A DNA stretch of 56,531 nt from positions 1-56,531 of the IMG/VR virus record IMGVR_UViG_3300028578_000004; one strand, written 5' to 3'. Source of the DNA: a virus. The notes under the pieces were generated by a model, which did not search any database, was not told the DNA's origin, and was given only the letters and a program-made list of their open reading frames with translations. This document shows, piece by piece, positions 32,040-41,155 of this stretch. The position numbers were made by a program, and so were the translations under genes. How positions within the stretch are numbered: the first letter of the stretch is position 1; each line of letters begins with the position of its first letter.

Positions 32040-32819
32040 ATGAGCGATGACGCAGGTCTCATCGGGCTGGGGTCCGCCCCCTCCCCCGTGGCAGACGCAG
32101 GCTCGGGTCCCTGTAGCCCCTGGATCAACGCGACGGACGTGGAGCAACTGACGGGCTGCACCGACGTTGACGCGGACGAACCCATGATCGAGGTCGCGTC
32201 CGGCGTGCTCTACAAGCTGTCTGGCGAGCAGTATCCGGGGGTCTGTTCCACGACGGTCAACCCCGGGGTCTACTGCGGGTGCGGGGACGCGACGGGACCG
32301 TGCTGTGCGGGGGTCCGCTACCTCGTGCTCGGGGCGCTGCCGGTCGTTGCGGTCCAGGAGATCAGGCTAGACGGTGAGGTCGTCTCGCCATTCGAGTACC
32401 GCCTGCACGGACAACGCCTCTACCGCCTGCCGGACGGGAACAACGTTCGCCAGGTGTGGCCGTGCTGCCGCAGACCCGACCGCGTACCGGACGAACGGAT
32501 CGAGGTCGACTTCACGTACGGGGAGGCACCTCCGCGCGCGGGCGTTCTGGCGGCTGCGACGCTCGCGTGCGAGCTCCTGCGTGCGACCGGCGAGACGGAG
32601 GGCGAGTGCCGTCTTCCGCAACGCGTCCAGACGATCACGCGTCAGGGGATCACGATGGCGATGCTCGACCCCATGGCGTTTCTCGACAACGGGCGAACGG
32701 GGATCTATGAGGTCGACCTCTTCCTCGCGTCGTACGTGGAGTCCGCGGGCAAGCGGTCGTCTGGCGTCGTGAACCCGGATACGGTGCGGGCGCGGCGCGC
32801 GGAGTCGTCTCCAGCGTAG
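32040..32819 (+). CDS. Head-to-tail adaptor (connector) candidate
   Basis: 259 aa. The position and general resemblance to actinophage adaptor proteins suggest the call. Not verified. Confidence 0.5.
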   Translation: MSDDAGLIGLGSAPSPVADAGSGPCSPWINATDVEQLTGCTDVDADEPMIEVASGVLYKLSGEQYPGVCSTTVNPGVYCGCGDATGPCCAGVRYLVLGALPVVAVQEIRLDGEVVSPFEYRLHGQRLYRLPDGNNVRQVWPCCRRPDRVPDERIEVDFTYGEAPPRAGVLAAATLACELLRATGETEGECRLPQRVQTITRQGITMAMLDPMAFLDNGRTGIYEVDLFLASYVESAGKRSSGVVNPDTVRARRAESSPA

Positions 32820-32834
32820 GATCAGGTGACACAA

Positions 32835-32847
32835 GGGATGAGCGACC
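32835..32847 (+). promoter_or_regulatory. Copy 3 of the 13-nt motif GGGATGAGCGACC
   Basis: Exact repeat in the 43-nt gap, followed by the AAGGAGG RBS and ATG 32863. TAGGAT (32818-23) lies upstream. Confidence 0.7.
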
Positions 32848-32862
32848 CCAAGGAGGCGCCGA

Positions 32863-33048
32863 ATGGAGACCCCCTGGGCGAACTGCACGACCTGCGGCGA
32901 ATACCGCCCGGTGTTCGTGCGCTTCGAGCCTGACGGAGCCCCGTACTGCCGCGGGTGCGGTGCACATCGCATGGAGCTGGAGGTCTTCCCCGCTGCCCTA
33001 GAAGACGTGCCGATCGTTGACGCAACGCAGGACGATCCGCCCGAGTGA
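32863..33048 (+). CDS. Zinc-ribbon protein (61 aa)
   Basis: AAGGAGG RBS. Contains CTTC and CRGC pairs. Confidence 0.7.
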   Translation: METPWANCTTCGEYRPVFVRFEPDGAPYCRGCGAHRMELEVFPAALEDVPIVDATQDDPPE

Positions 33049-34004
33049 ATCTCGCGGCGCTCCTGCACATGGGCGTTCCGCGTCACGGCGCCGGGGCGGA
33101 ATGGTACGTACATGATCTTCTGAGGTGGCTGGTCAGCCGCGGCCACACAGTGACCGTCTACGTGGCTCGCGGCAAGGACGACCCGTACGAACTTGACGGC
33201 GTCCGCTACGTCTCGTCACCGACGATCCCCGATGCCGAAGCGCGCGCTGCCGACCTGCTGGTCACGCACCTGGATATGACGCGGCACACGATCATGCTCG
33301 CCCGACGAGTGGGAAAGCCGACTGCCTTCGTCGTGCACAACCATCGCCAGCTAGCGTTTCACCGCGTACGCCCGCGCGACGCTGCGCTCGTGATCTTCAA
33401 CTCCCGGTGGGTCGCGCGTGCCTCGAAGTGGAGGGGGCCGCAGATTGTCCTTCCGCCCCCGATCCAGGCGTCCCGCTACCAGGTGACCGTAGAGGGCGAC
33501 GCGATCACACTCCTAAACCTCTCAGAGGCCAAGGGAGGGCCGCTACTGTTCGAGCTGGCCCGAAGGATGCCCGGACGCCGGTTCTTGGCTGTAAGGGGCG
33601 CATACGGCCGTCAGGAGGTCCCTGACGACGTGCCGGCCAACGTGGAGGTGTGGGACAACCAACCTGATGTCCGCGAGGTCTACCGGCAGACGCGCCTTCT
33701 GCTCATGCCGTCGGCATATGAGTCGTGGGGACGGGTCGCGGTCGAGGCTGCCGCGTCCGGCATTCCGACCATCGCGCATCCGACCGAGGGGCTGCTCGAG
33801 TCCGTGGGGCCGTGCGCGATCTTCTGCGACCGGGCCGACCCCGGCCAGTGGACGAGAGCGATCGGCGACTTGGACGACCCGGTCGAGTACCACCGGGCAT
33901 CGCGTCTGGCAGTTGCTCGTGCGACCGAGCTCGACCCCGTGCCGTGGCTGTACGAGGTCGAGGCGGCGCTACGGGAAGCGGCCGGCGCGATGGTGAAGGC
34001 GTGA
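33045..34004 (+). CDS. GT-B fold glycosyltransferase (GT4-like)
   Basis: GTGA overlap start. The C-terminal motif is LLLMPSAYESWGRVAVEAAASGIPTIAHPTEGL (E-x7-E type). Confidence 0.8.
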   Translation: MNLAALLHMGVPRHGAGAEWYVHDLLRWLVSRGHTVTVYVARGKDDPYELDGVRYVSSPTIPDAEARAADLLVTHLDMTRHTIMLARRVGKPTAFVVHNHRQLAFHRVRPRDAALVIFNSRWVARASKWRGPQIVLPPPIQASRYQVTVEGDAITLLNLSEAKGGPLLFELARRMPGRRFLAVRGAYGRQEVPDDVPANVEVWDNQPDVREVYRQTRLLLMPSAYESWGRVAVEAAASGIPTIAHPTEGLLESVGPCAIFCDRADPGQWTRAIGDLDDPVEYHRASRLAVARATELDPVPWLYEVEAALREAAGAMVKA

Positions 34005-34168
34005 GCAAAGGCGAGGTCCGCTACGACGAGAAGGGTCCATTCCGTCTCATGGCAAAGGCCGAGGGGTACGTCATGTGCCGCCGACCGGGCCTGATGGTCA
34101 CCGTGAAGACGGTCAAGGAGTGGGAGGCGTTGTCGCCCGCCCCCGTAGAACCCGAAGAGAAGCCGTGA
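34001..34168 (+). CDS. Hypothetical protein (55 aa)
   Basis: Hand-checked, with a GTGA overlap start. Confidence 0.5.
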   Translation: MSKGEVRYDEKGPFRLMAKAEGYVMCRRPGLMVTVKTVKEWEALSPAPVEPEEKP

Positions 34169-34797
34169 ATCGCTGGCGTCGGTTCCGCCGCGCCTACTAC
34201 CGGGCGTTCGTGGCGATGCTCCCGTGGCTCGGACACGCGCTCATCCTCATCGGGATCGGCGGTGCGATCGCGACGATCGTCGACAAGCAGAAGACAGCTA
34301 TCGCCGCTCAGACGCACACGAAGTACGGGTGGGTCAAAGGTCGCCCATTGCGCTTTATACGCGGGCACGCAGCGCGCAAACAGGTCTTTCCGTACCGCGA
34401 ATGGAGTGAAGCGCTCTACGTCATCAGCGACCAAGGGTACGAGAGTCCGTGCTGGCTATGGCAGGCGCTTATAGACCGTACTGGCTACGGGCGATTCGGC
34501 TCGCGAGGCCTGGCACATAGGTTTGCCTACGAGAAGTTCGTGGGACCGATCCCAGAAGGGTTCCATCTCCACCACGAGTGCCATGTGCGCTCCTGCGTCA
34601 ACCCGGCGCATCTCACGCCGTTGTCCCCCTCGGATCATCTGAGGGGGCACCGGCCACCACCACCCACCTCATGTCCACAGGGGCATCCGTACGATGAGGC
34701 GAACACCTACCTGACGCGACAGGGTCGGCGCGTATGCCGGATATGCAGACGCACCTATTTCCGGAACTGGAAGGCCAAGCAACGTGCCAACCAGTAA
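34165..34797 (+). CDS. HNH endonuclease (HNH_3-type) with an N-terminal TM-like segment
   Basis: CWLWQALIDRTGYGRF, AHRFAYEKFVGPIPEGFHLHHECHVRSCVNPAHL, and a CPQGHPY..CRIC ribbon. Same architecture as the 2801 gene. Confidence 0.85.
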   Translation: MNRWRRFRRAYYRAFVAMLPWLGHALILIGIGGAIATIVDKQKTAIAAQTHTKYGWVKGRPLRFIRGHAARKQVFPYREWSEALYVISDQGYESPCWLWQALIDRTGYGRFGSRGLAHRFAYEKFVGPIPEGFHLHHECHVRSCVNPAHLTPLSPSDHLRGHRPPPPTSCPQGHPYDEANTYLTRQGRRVCRICRRTYFRNWKAKQRANQ

Positions 34798-35284
34798 CCT
34801 CGCCCTGTGGCCCACGATCCTCAACCTCATCGAGACGGTTCCGCACGAGCGGATTCTGGATGTCGGGCCGGGCTACGGTAAGGGCGCCCAACTCGCTCGC
34901 GAGTATCTCAACGTCAAGCCCGAACGGGTCGATGCGGTCGAAGCCTGGCCGGGCTACGTGACCGACCGACTCCAATGCCTGTACGACGCGGTCTACGTGC
35001 AGGACGTCCGCACGCTCTCGGACGTGGCCCTCCGGTATTACGACCTGGTCCTGATGGTCGAGGTCCTCGAGCACTTGCCGAAGGAAGACGGGTTCGCGCT
35101 CTTGGACCGCATCCCCGGCCGGGTCGTCATCTGTACGCCCGAGACGTTCTTTCCAAACCCGTCGCACCTGCCGCCGACAGAGAAGCATCGGAGCTTGTGG
35201 GCCGTGGAGGACTTCGGGGACAGGCTCGAGGTCGATGCAAGCGAACATGGCGGGGTAGTTGTGAGACTGGGCCCTCGGGAGTAG
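34784..35284 (+). CDS. Class I SAM-dependent methyltransferase
   Basis: Motif I ILDVGPGYGKG and the post-I acidic residue, then LVLMVEVLEHLP. Confidence 0.8.
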   Translation: MPTSNLALWPTILNLIETVPHERILDVGPGYGKGAQLAREYLNVKPERVDAVEAWPGYVTDRLQCLYDAVYVQDVRTLSDVALRYYDLVLMVEVLEHLPKEDGFALLDRIPGRVVICTPETFFPNPSHLPPTEKHRSLWAVEDFGDRLEVDASEHGGVVVRLGPRE

Positions 35285-35357
35285 GCTGCGTCCACGAAAA
35301 ACGCCCGGCGGGTGCGTGAACACCCCCGGGCCGGTCGACCTAACTAGGAGGTCAGAC

Positions 35358-35612
35358 GTGCCAGACGATACCCCGCAGACGATGACCGATGTAGTCGTTA
35401 CCAATCCGTTCGTGAACCTGTGCCACATGCAGGTCTGCGCGCGACGCGATATCCCGCACGAGACGGTCGAGGTCGTGGCGAACCGCGAGAACCCTTCGGG
35501 TACATCGAACGGATGGCGTCTAGTCCTCGAAGGTGGCGACCACCCGCCAGAGTCGTGGCCCGCCCGCTGCTCGGATGATGCGGAACGCGTTCACTATCTG
35601 TTGGTGTGCTGA
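35358..35612 (+). CDS. Hypothetical protein (84 aa)
   Basis: AGGAGG RBS 6 nt upstream of GTG 35358. Confidence 0.65.
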   Translation: MPDDTPQTMTDVVVTNPFVNLCHMQVCARRDIPHETVEVVANRENPSGTSNGWRLVLEGGDHPPESWPARCSDDAERVHYLLVC

Positions 35613-35992
35613 TGGGCGACACAAACGCTCTTTCGGAGTTCCTCAATGACCTAGAGCAGAAGGCAAACGCGCTCCCGTGGTCGTCGTGGGAAGCGGTCCC
35701 ACCGGTCGACGCCGATGAAAACTGGCAGGTCGAAGGACCCGATGGCCTGCTCATCGCGGACTGCTGGCCCGCTATCGATGGCCGAGGCAGGCATGGCGCC
35801 GAAGGCGAGAAGATCGCGCAGCACATCGCGGCATTGGATCGCGAGACCGCGCTGGCGCTCGTCGCCGTCGTCAGGGCCGCGCAGAAGTTCAGCAAGGCGT
35901 ACGAGTCCGGCGCGGATGGTCCCGCGATGTTCGCTGCTGCTGAAGCCCAGAGCGAAGCACTGTCTCGTCTCGAGAAACGAAACGCCCCATGA
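35612..35992 (+). CDS. Hypothetical protein, Ea22-like pattern (126 aa)
   Basis: TGATG overlap start. There is a loose resemblance to the ead/Ea22 family (W..W, AQHIAALDRETALALVAVVRAAQ). Confidence 0.55.
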   Translation: MGDTNALSEFLNDLEQKANALPWSSWEAVPPVDADENWQVEGPDGLLIADCWPAIDGRGRHGAEGEKIAQHIAALDRETALALVAVVRAAQKFSKAYESGADGPAMFAAAEAQSEALSRLEKRNAP

Positions 35993-36426
35993 GCGAAGAC
36001 CGCCTCCCCACCAAAGAAGACGCGCTCCACTTCCTCGACAGCTTCGCGCAGCAGCTGCGCGACTTTGCCTTCCTGACCGTCACCTACGTCTCGCGCATCA
36101 CGTCATCGGACGGACTGACGAGCATCGAGGTACAGGCGAAGGGGCCGGGGATCGGGGACGAACCGCCACCCGTCGTGTGGTTGGTGGAAGATCACACCGA
36201 TGCCAGTCCTCCGCTCGGAGCGTTCGCCTCGCAGGATGCCGCGATCGAATGGCTGAAGGCCCGATTCCCTGACCCGTACCGCGTCACATGGCGCGGGCCC
36301 GAAGACGGGGACGAGGATGACAGCGTGTATTTATGGGCCGACTTCGAGGCCGTGCTCGGGTACTCGACCAAGCACATGGAGCGGTACCGCATCTGGTCGG
36401 TCCCCGTGGAAGGGATCGAGGAGTGA
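35989..36426 (+). CDS. Hypothetical protein (145 aa)
   Basis: ATGA overlap start. Confidence 0.65.
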   Translation: MSEDRLPTKEDALHFLDSFAQQLRDFAFLTVTYVSRITSSDGLTSIEVQAKGPGIGDEPPPVVWLVEDHTDASPPLGAFASQDAAIEWLKARFPDPYRVTWRGPEDGDEDDSVYLWADFEAVLGYSTKHMERYRIWSVPVEGIEE

Positions 36427-36656
36427 GCGGGCAAGGCGGCTGGTACTGCTCCGACTGCGGCCAGGTCGTATCGGGGCTCCCATCGGGAATTGTGCGCTGC
36501 CCGAACTGCGGTCACCTCGGCCTGCGTGGATTCGTCAACGCGGAACCCGTTCGAGTTCGCTGCCCCGAAGGGTGCGACTGGGAGGGCTGGGACGATGGCG
36601 GTGTCAACGATGACCTCGGCCAGCACATGCGCCGCGAGCACTTCACGCCACAATGA
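36423..36656 (+). CDS. Zinc-ribbon protein (77 aa)
   Basis: GTGA overlap start. Contains CSDC, CPNC and CPEGC. Confidence 0.65.
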   Translation: MSGQGGWYCSDCGQVVSGLPSGIVRCPNCGHLGLRGFVNAEPVRVRCPEGCDWEGWDDGGVNDDLGQHMRREHFTPQ

Positions 36657-37774
36657 GGATCGACTTCCTCGCCTCGGAGCCTCACTACTTCGATCACATT
36701 GCTCCGATCTGGGCCGCGTTGCCAGAGGCGATGAGAGGCGGTTTCCACGTTCGGCCCGCGATTGCGCCCTATGCCACTCAGAAAGGCGTTTCGGCCAACA
36801 CGCGGCTCCTGAGCGCCGCTGAGGGCGGTCCTGTGGTAGTAGCCGGATATGCCGATGTGCGCCGGGTGAAGGGGAGGCCGGTGATCCTCGCGGAACATGG
36901 GGTCGGCAACAGATACCGGAACGCCGCCGGCGAGTGGGACCGAAACCCGAGCAATCCCGGAGGCCGCGGTCGCGAGGCCGTCGCGCTGTTTCTGTGCCCG
37001 AACATCGAAACGGCCGAGGCAAACCTTGAGGTCTACCCGGACGCGAAAGTCGCTGTGGTGGGTTCCCCAAAAATGGACCGCCATCATCTAGAATCAGCGG
37101 GCGCTTTAGGCGCAACTACTAAAGACCTGGGTGCCGAGGGCCAGCGGACGAGCGGAGTGCACGCCGCGCAGACTCCGAAGGCTGGATCACAGGATCGGGG
37201 GGCGGGCCACGTAACTCTCGGCCACCCGCCCCTCACAATCGCCCTCTCGTGGCATTGGGATTGCAGGCAGGTCCCGGAGACGCGGTGGGCGTTCCCTCAC
37301 TTCGCGGATGCCGTTCGGCAGCTCCCCCACGACCTCGGCCCTGACTATCACGTCATCGGCCACGGCCATCCGCGCGCGTGGAGACGCCTGCGAGCCTTCT
37401 ACGAAGACGCGGGGATCGAACCCGTGGAGGACTTCGAGGACGTGCTGGACCGGGCCGACCTCTACGTCTGCGACACGTCCTCGACCCTGTACGAGTTCGC
37501 CTCGACCGGGCGGCCCGTGCTGTGCCTGAACGCGCCGTGGTACAGGTTCGAGGCAACCCACGGGTTGAGGTTTTGGGACGCGTTGCCGGGCGTCCCTGTA
37601 GGTGAACCGGTGTGGCTCGCCCGCATGGTCGCTGTGGCGCTCGATCCCGACACAGACGCGCTAGTCGCGAAGACCCTCCGCGAACCGGCCGTACGCCGCG
37701 CCTATGCTTTCACCGACGGACGAGCCGCGGAGCGCGCGGTGCAGGCAATCAGGGAGGTGTTCGTTGACGACTGA
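36653..37774 (+). CDS. Putative glycosyltransferase (GT-B or TagF-like)
   Basis: ATGA overlap start. The N-terminal IDFLASEPHYFDHIAPIWAAL and the C-terminal ADLYVCDTSSTLYEFASTGRPVLCL resemble actinophage glycosyltransferases. Confidence 0.6.
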   Translation: MRIDFLASEPHYFDHIAPIWAALPEAMRGGFHVRPAIAPYATQKGVSANTRLLSAAEGGPVVVAGYADVRRVKGRPVILAEHGVGNRYRNAAGEWDRNPSNPGGRGREAVALFLCPNIETAEANLEVYPDAKVAVVGSPKMDRHHLESAGALGATTKDLGAEGQRTSGVHAAQTPKAGSQDRGAGHVTLGHPPLTIALSWHWDCRQVPETRWAFPHFADAVRQLPHDLGPDYHVIGHGHPRAWRRLRAFYEDAGIEPVEDFEDVLDRADLYVCDTSSTLYEFASTGRPVLCLNAPWYRFEATHGLRFWDALPGVPVGEPVWLARMVAVALDPDTDALVAKTLREPAVRRAYAFTDGRAAERAVQAIREVFVDD

Positions 37775-37985
37775 GGTACAGGAACGCCCAGCGGAGACGG
37801 AGTCTGAGCAAGAGGTGATCTGCGCCATCATCGGCTGCCCGTTCTTCGGGGTCGACGAGCGGGGGCCGATCCACCTTCGCGTCGGGGGCGAGGCCGTGCA
37901 GGTCCGCGTCTGCACCGAACACTGGGAAGCAATCCTCGGTCCGATCGGTGCGGCAGAGTCCGCGGGAGAGGGAAGCCCCGCGTGA
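37764..37985 (+). CDS. Hypothetical protein (73 aa)
   Basis: AGGGAGG RBS, then TTG 37764. Confidence 0.5.
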   Translation: MTTEVQERPAETESEQEVICAIIGCPFFGVDERGPIHLRVGGEAVQVRVCTEHWEAILGPIGAAESAGEGSPA

Positions 37986-38323
37986 CCGACATCCTCAACG
38001 TCACCATCAGCGGACACCGCGACCCCGTCTTGTCTCCGATCCCCGATGACGCCGCGCACGGATACGACGAGCAACGCGAGGCCGCGGTTCGAGCGTTCAT
38101 CGACACGCTTCGCGAGCTCGGGGACGTCATCGACTACGCGCACTTCGGGACCACGCGCGTCAACGTCGACCTCGTGAGCGGCGCGCGTACGGCGATCGTG
38201 CCGGAGACCCCGGTCGAGGAGGTTGCGCCGGTTCCGCGGCTCGCGGACGCGCACGGGCCGCAACCGGCAGATCCGTCTGCTCCGGTGGCAGAGGAAGACG
38301 GCGGGATCGTGGGGATTCCGTGA
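37982..38323 (+). CDS. Hypothetical protein (113 aa)
   Basis: GTGA overlap start. Confidence 0.6.
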   Translation: MTDILNVTISGHRDPVLSPIPDDAAHGYDEQREAAVRAFIDTLRELGDVIDYAHFGTTRVNVDLVSGARTAIVPETPVEEVAPVPRLADAHGPQPADPSAPVAEEDGGIVGIP

Positions 38324-38550
38324 GCGGCGCGCTCGACACTTTGTTCCGACTCCCCTACGGTCCAGGGCTGCCGAACTACGGACTGCCCTCGGGCTGTCCG
38401 TGTGCCTGCTGTAAGGAAGCAGCGAACCGTTTCTTCCACGAGCGGGTCGACGCGCGTCTGGCGTGTTCGTGCGCGGATCATCCCGAGGCGACCCACTGCG
38501 ACTGCCGCTACTGTGCGGAAGTCCTCGCTGCGATGGTGCACGCATCGTGA
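38320..38550 (+). CDS. Cys-rich protein (76 aa)
   Basis: GTGA overlap start. Contains CPCACC, CSC and CDCRYC. Confidence 0.6.
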   Translation: MSGALDTLFRLPYGPGLPNYGLPSGCPCACCKEAANRFFHERVDARLACSCADHPEATHCDCRYCAEVLAAMVHAS

Positions 38551-39272
38551 GCGACGGCCTACTCGACTACATCGAAGAACACCCCTCCGAAGACGGAGGC
38601 GGGCGCCTCGGCCGAAACGTCGTCTGGCACGACCCGAGAAACCGTCAGTTCGCCGCGCGCGGAACCGTGTTCGCGGAAGACGCTCCGATCATCGACCGCT
38701 ACTGGGACCGGACCTACGCGTTCGACCAGGGCAACTCCTCGGCCTGCACGATGTTCGCCGCGGCCGGTCTGCTGCACACGCAGCCGTGGCGCGACAGCCT
38801 CTCCCGAACCGCGCTACGCGCCTATGACACCGACCGCGAGCGCGTCGCCGGGTACCGCAAGGCGCAGCGGTACGACCCGTGGCCCGGTCAGGAGCCCGCG
38901 TACTACGGGTCGAGCACGGACGCCCCGCTAAAGCTTTTACGCGTAGAGCGCCGGATCAGGGAGTGGCGCTGGTGCTTTGGTCTCAATGACGTACTCCGAA
39001 CCCTCAGTAATCACGGTCCAGTGGCAGTCGGTAGCAATTGGTACTCGGGAATGGACGTGGTCGACCCGAAGACGTGCCGCGTGAAGATCGAAGGCGATAT
39101 CCGCGGCGGCCACGCGTACGAGCTGTACGCGGTGCGCACGGACACGCGCGAGGTCGAGGTCACGAACTCGTGGGGAAATTGGGGGCCGTGCGCCGGCCGT
39201 TTCCGTCTGACCTGGGATGACCTAGAGCGACTGCTGGGTGAGGACGGTGAGGCGTGCACGATCACGCTGTAG
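38547..39272 (+). CDS. Papain-like (C1-type) cysteine peptidase
   Basis: FDQGNSSACTMFAAAG (Gln and Cys), IRGGHAYELYAV (His) and VTNSWGNWG (Asn-Ser-Trp-Gly). Confidence 0.7.
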   Translation: MSDGLLDYIEEHPSEDGGGRLGRNVVWHDPRNRQFAARGTVFAEDAPIIDRYWDRTYAFDQGNSSACTMFAAAGLLHTQPWRDSLSRTALRAYDTDRERVAGYRKAQRYDPWPGQEPAYYGSSTDAPLKLLRVERRIREWRWCFGLNDVLRTLSNHGPVAVGSNWYSGMDVVDPKTCRVKIEGDIRGGHAYELYAVRTDTREVEVTNSWGNWGPCAGRFRLTWDDLERLLGEDGEACTITL

Positions 39273-39556
39273 ATCGCGACTGCGTCTACTGCGGCGCCGA
39301 CTGCGACCTCCCCGAACCGCCCCACGCGCCCGATTGCCCGATGGTCACGGGCCTGTTCACGATCGAGCCGGATGACCTAGGCCACGAGTGCGTTCACTGC
39401 CACGAACGGACGCCGGGGATGGTGTGCGCCAGGTGCGACCACCCGTTCGAGCTAGGCGACACCTACTGCCACCAGGAGACGGACGATCCCGATATCAAAG
39501 TGGTGGTCTGCATGATGTGCGCGGTCGAGGCCCCACGAGCGGAGTCACTGCCGTGA
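39254..39556 (+). CDS. Cys/His-rich protein (100 aa)
   Basis: GTG 39254. Contains CVYC, CVHC, CARC and CMMC. Confidence 0.6.
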   Translation: MHDHAVDRDCVYCGADCDLPEPPHAPDCPMVTGLFTIEPDDLGHECVHCHERTPGMVCARCDHPFELGDTYCHQETDDPDIKVVVCMMCAVEAPRAESLP

Positions 39557-40008
39557 CCCTCTTCGAGGCCGCAGCGGCCCTCCTACAGGCTGTAGAGGAC
39601 TCCTGGACCGAGGTCGATGTCCTCCCCTCCCGCCGCTACGTCTCCAATGGCGCGGTCGCCCACGACTGCGAGCAGGCCACCGTCGCGATCCTCCGCACGT
39701 ACGCCGGGACGCCCTCCGCGCTCGCGTCCGGCCCGACTCAGGGCATGGCGACGCGCACGGCCACCCTGCGCGCGGAGGTGGCCCGGTGCGTCCCATCGAC
39801 TGACGAAGGTGGCCCGATGCCTTCGGCAGCCGGGATTCAGGACAGCGCTGAGGAGGTCCACCGCGACCACGACCTCCTAATCATCGCGGCCCGCAAGTTC
39901 GCGAAGGAATCCGGTTGCGAGGAGGTCATCATCGGTGACGCGCTTCCCTTCGGTCCCGAGGGTGGGATAGCCGGGTGGGGGCTCGAGGTCAGGGCGCAGC
40001 TCGGGTGA
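39553..40008 (+). CDS. Neck or head-tail joining module protein (151 aa)
   Basis: GTGA overlap start. Lies upstream of the gp10-like gene. Confidence 0.55.
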   Translation: MTLFEAAAALLQAVEDSWTEVDVLPSRRYVSNGAVAHDCEQATVAILRTYAGTPSALASGPTQGMATRTATLRAEVARCVPSTDEGGPMPSAAGIQDSAEEVHRDHDLLIIAARKFAKESGCEEVIIGDALPFGPEGGIAGWGLEVRAQLG

Positions 40009-40226
40009 AGGCCCATGTCTGGATAGTCCCGATCCCCTATGTCCTCACCGAAGGGCAGGCCGCGGCAGCGCAGAACGGTGCTCGCCTGACGCTCGATATT
40101 GGGAAGGTTCACCCCGACTTCTACGACCGCGCTGGCCGGGTCAAGGCCGCTATCGGTTGCTACGTGTGCGAGCAACCGTATGAGGAGGCCCGGGGAAAGC
40201 CGTGCCCGGGGGAACCGGGATCGTGA
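40005..40226 (+). CDS. Hypothetical neck-module protein (73 aa)
   Basis: GTGA overlap start. Confidence 0.5.
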   Translation: MKAHVWIVPIPYVLTEGQAAAAQNGARLTLDIGKVHPDFYDRAGRVKAAIGCYVCEQPYEEARGKPCPGEPGS

Positions 40227-40672
40227 CCGACTCCTACGTCCGCCTAGACGACGCGGCCATGTCGGACCTCCTGCGCTCGCCCAACGGCCCGGTCGGACGC
40301 CACGTTATGGACCTCGGTAACCAGGTCAGAGACCGCGCGGCCCCGAAGGTCGGGGTCTCGCCCGAGGGTCACGGGATCGGAGCGTCCGGCGCCCAGCAGC
40401 ACCTTCGGGACGCGCTGATCGTCCGGCTTGTGTCCGATGAGAAGGGACCGGCCGCGATGGTCGGAGCCGAACTCGGCCACGCGCTGTTCCACCACGAGGG
40501 CACGGCGCCCCACGTCATCCGACCCCGCAACGTCACGTTCCTGCGGTTCCCGACCTCACCGGGGGGCGCGACCTTCGTGTTTGCGAAGCAGGTGAACCAC
40601 CCCGGCACCAAGCCCAACCCGTACCTCGTGGACGCGGCGCGCGAGCTCGGGCTGGAGGTCCGCCTCGCCTGA
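40223..40672 (+). CDS. HK97 gp10-like tail completion or head-tail joining protein
   Basis: HHEGTAPHVIRP..FLRF..FAKQVNHPGTKPNPYLVDA. Confidence 0.7.
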   Translation: MTDSYVRLDDAAMSDLLRSPNGPVGRHVMDLGNQVRDRAAPKVGVSPEGHGIGASGAQQHLRDALIVRLVSDEKGPAAMVGAELGHALFHHEGTAPHVIRPRNVTFLRFPTSPGGATFVFAKQVNHPGTKPNPYLVDAARELGLEVRLA

Positions 40673-40729
40673 CCGCTCAGGTCGTATCGTGGTCGCCCTA
40701 ACCGAGGATGACCGCGAAGGGATTGAGCG

Positions 40730-41155
40730 ATGACCGAGCAGCCTGAGAAGCAGGGCACCCCGATGTGGTTCGAGCTACAGGACGAGAAGTTCCGATGCAT
40801 CCCCAAGCTCGCCGCCTCTGTGCTCATCGCCCACGAACGGGCTATGTCGGCCGAAGGGGCTGGGCGCGGGATGGTCGTGCTGGCCGAGCTCGACAACTAC
40901 CTCCGTAAGGCCCTGCTGCCTGAGGAGTACGTGCGGTACCGGACCTTCGCCGATGACCCGGCGCGTGAGATCGAGATCGAAGACATCGGATTCGCGGTCA
41001 TGGACCTGCACGCGAGGTATCTCGCCCGCCCTACCAAGCGGCCCTCGGACTCACCCGATGGGCCCGGCTCAACTGGGGATACCTCGACGGATTCCTCGCC
41101 CTCCGAGGACTCGACCTCGACACCCTCGCCCGCGGAGACGCCCGAAGGTTCCTGA
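40730..41155 (+). CDS. Tail assembly chaperone (G-like)
   Basis: Lies immediately upstream of the tape measure gene. The ending YLARPTKRPSDS is typical of actinophage chaperones. It has an S/T/P-rich tail. Confidence 0.7.
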   Translation: MTEQPEKQGTPMWFELQDEKFRCIPKLAASVLIAHERAMSAEGAGRGMVVLAELDNYLRKALLPEEYVRYRTFADDPAREIEIEDIGFAVMDLHARYLARPTKRPSDSPDGPGSTGDTSTDSSPSEDSTSTPSPAETPEGS

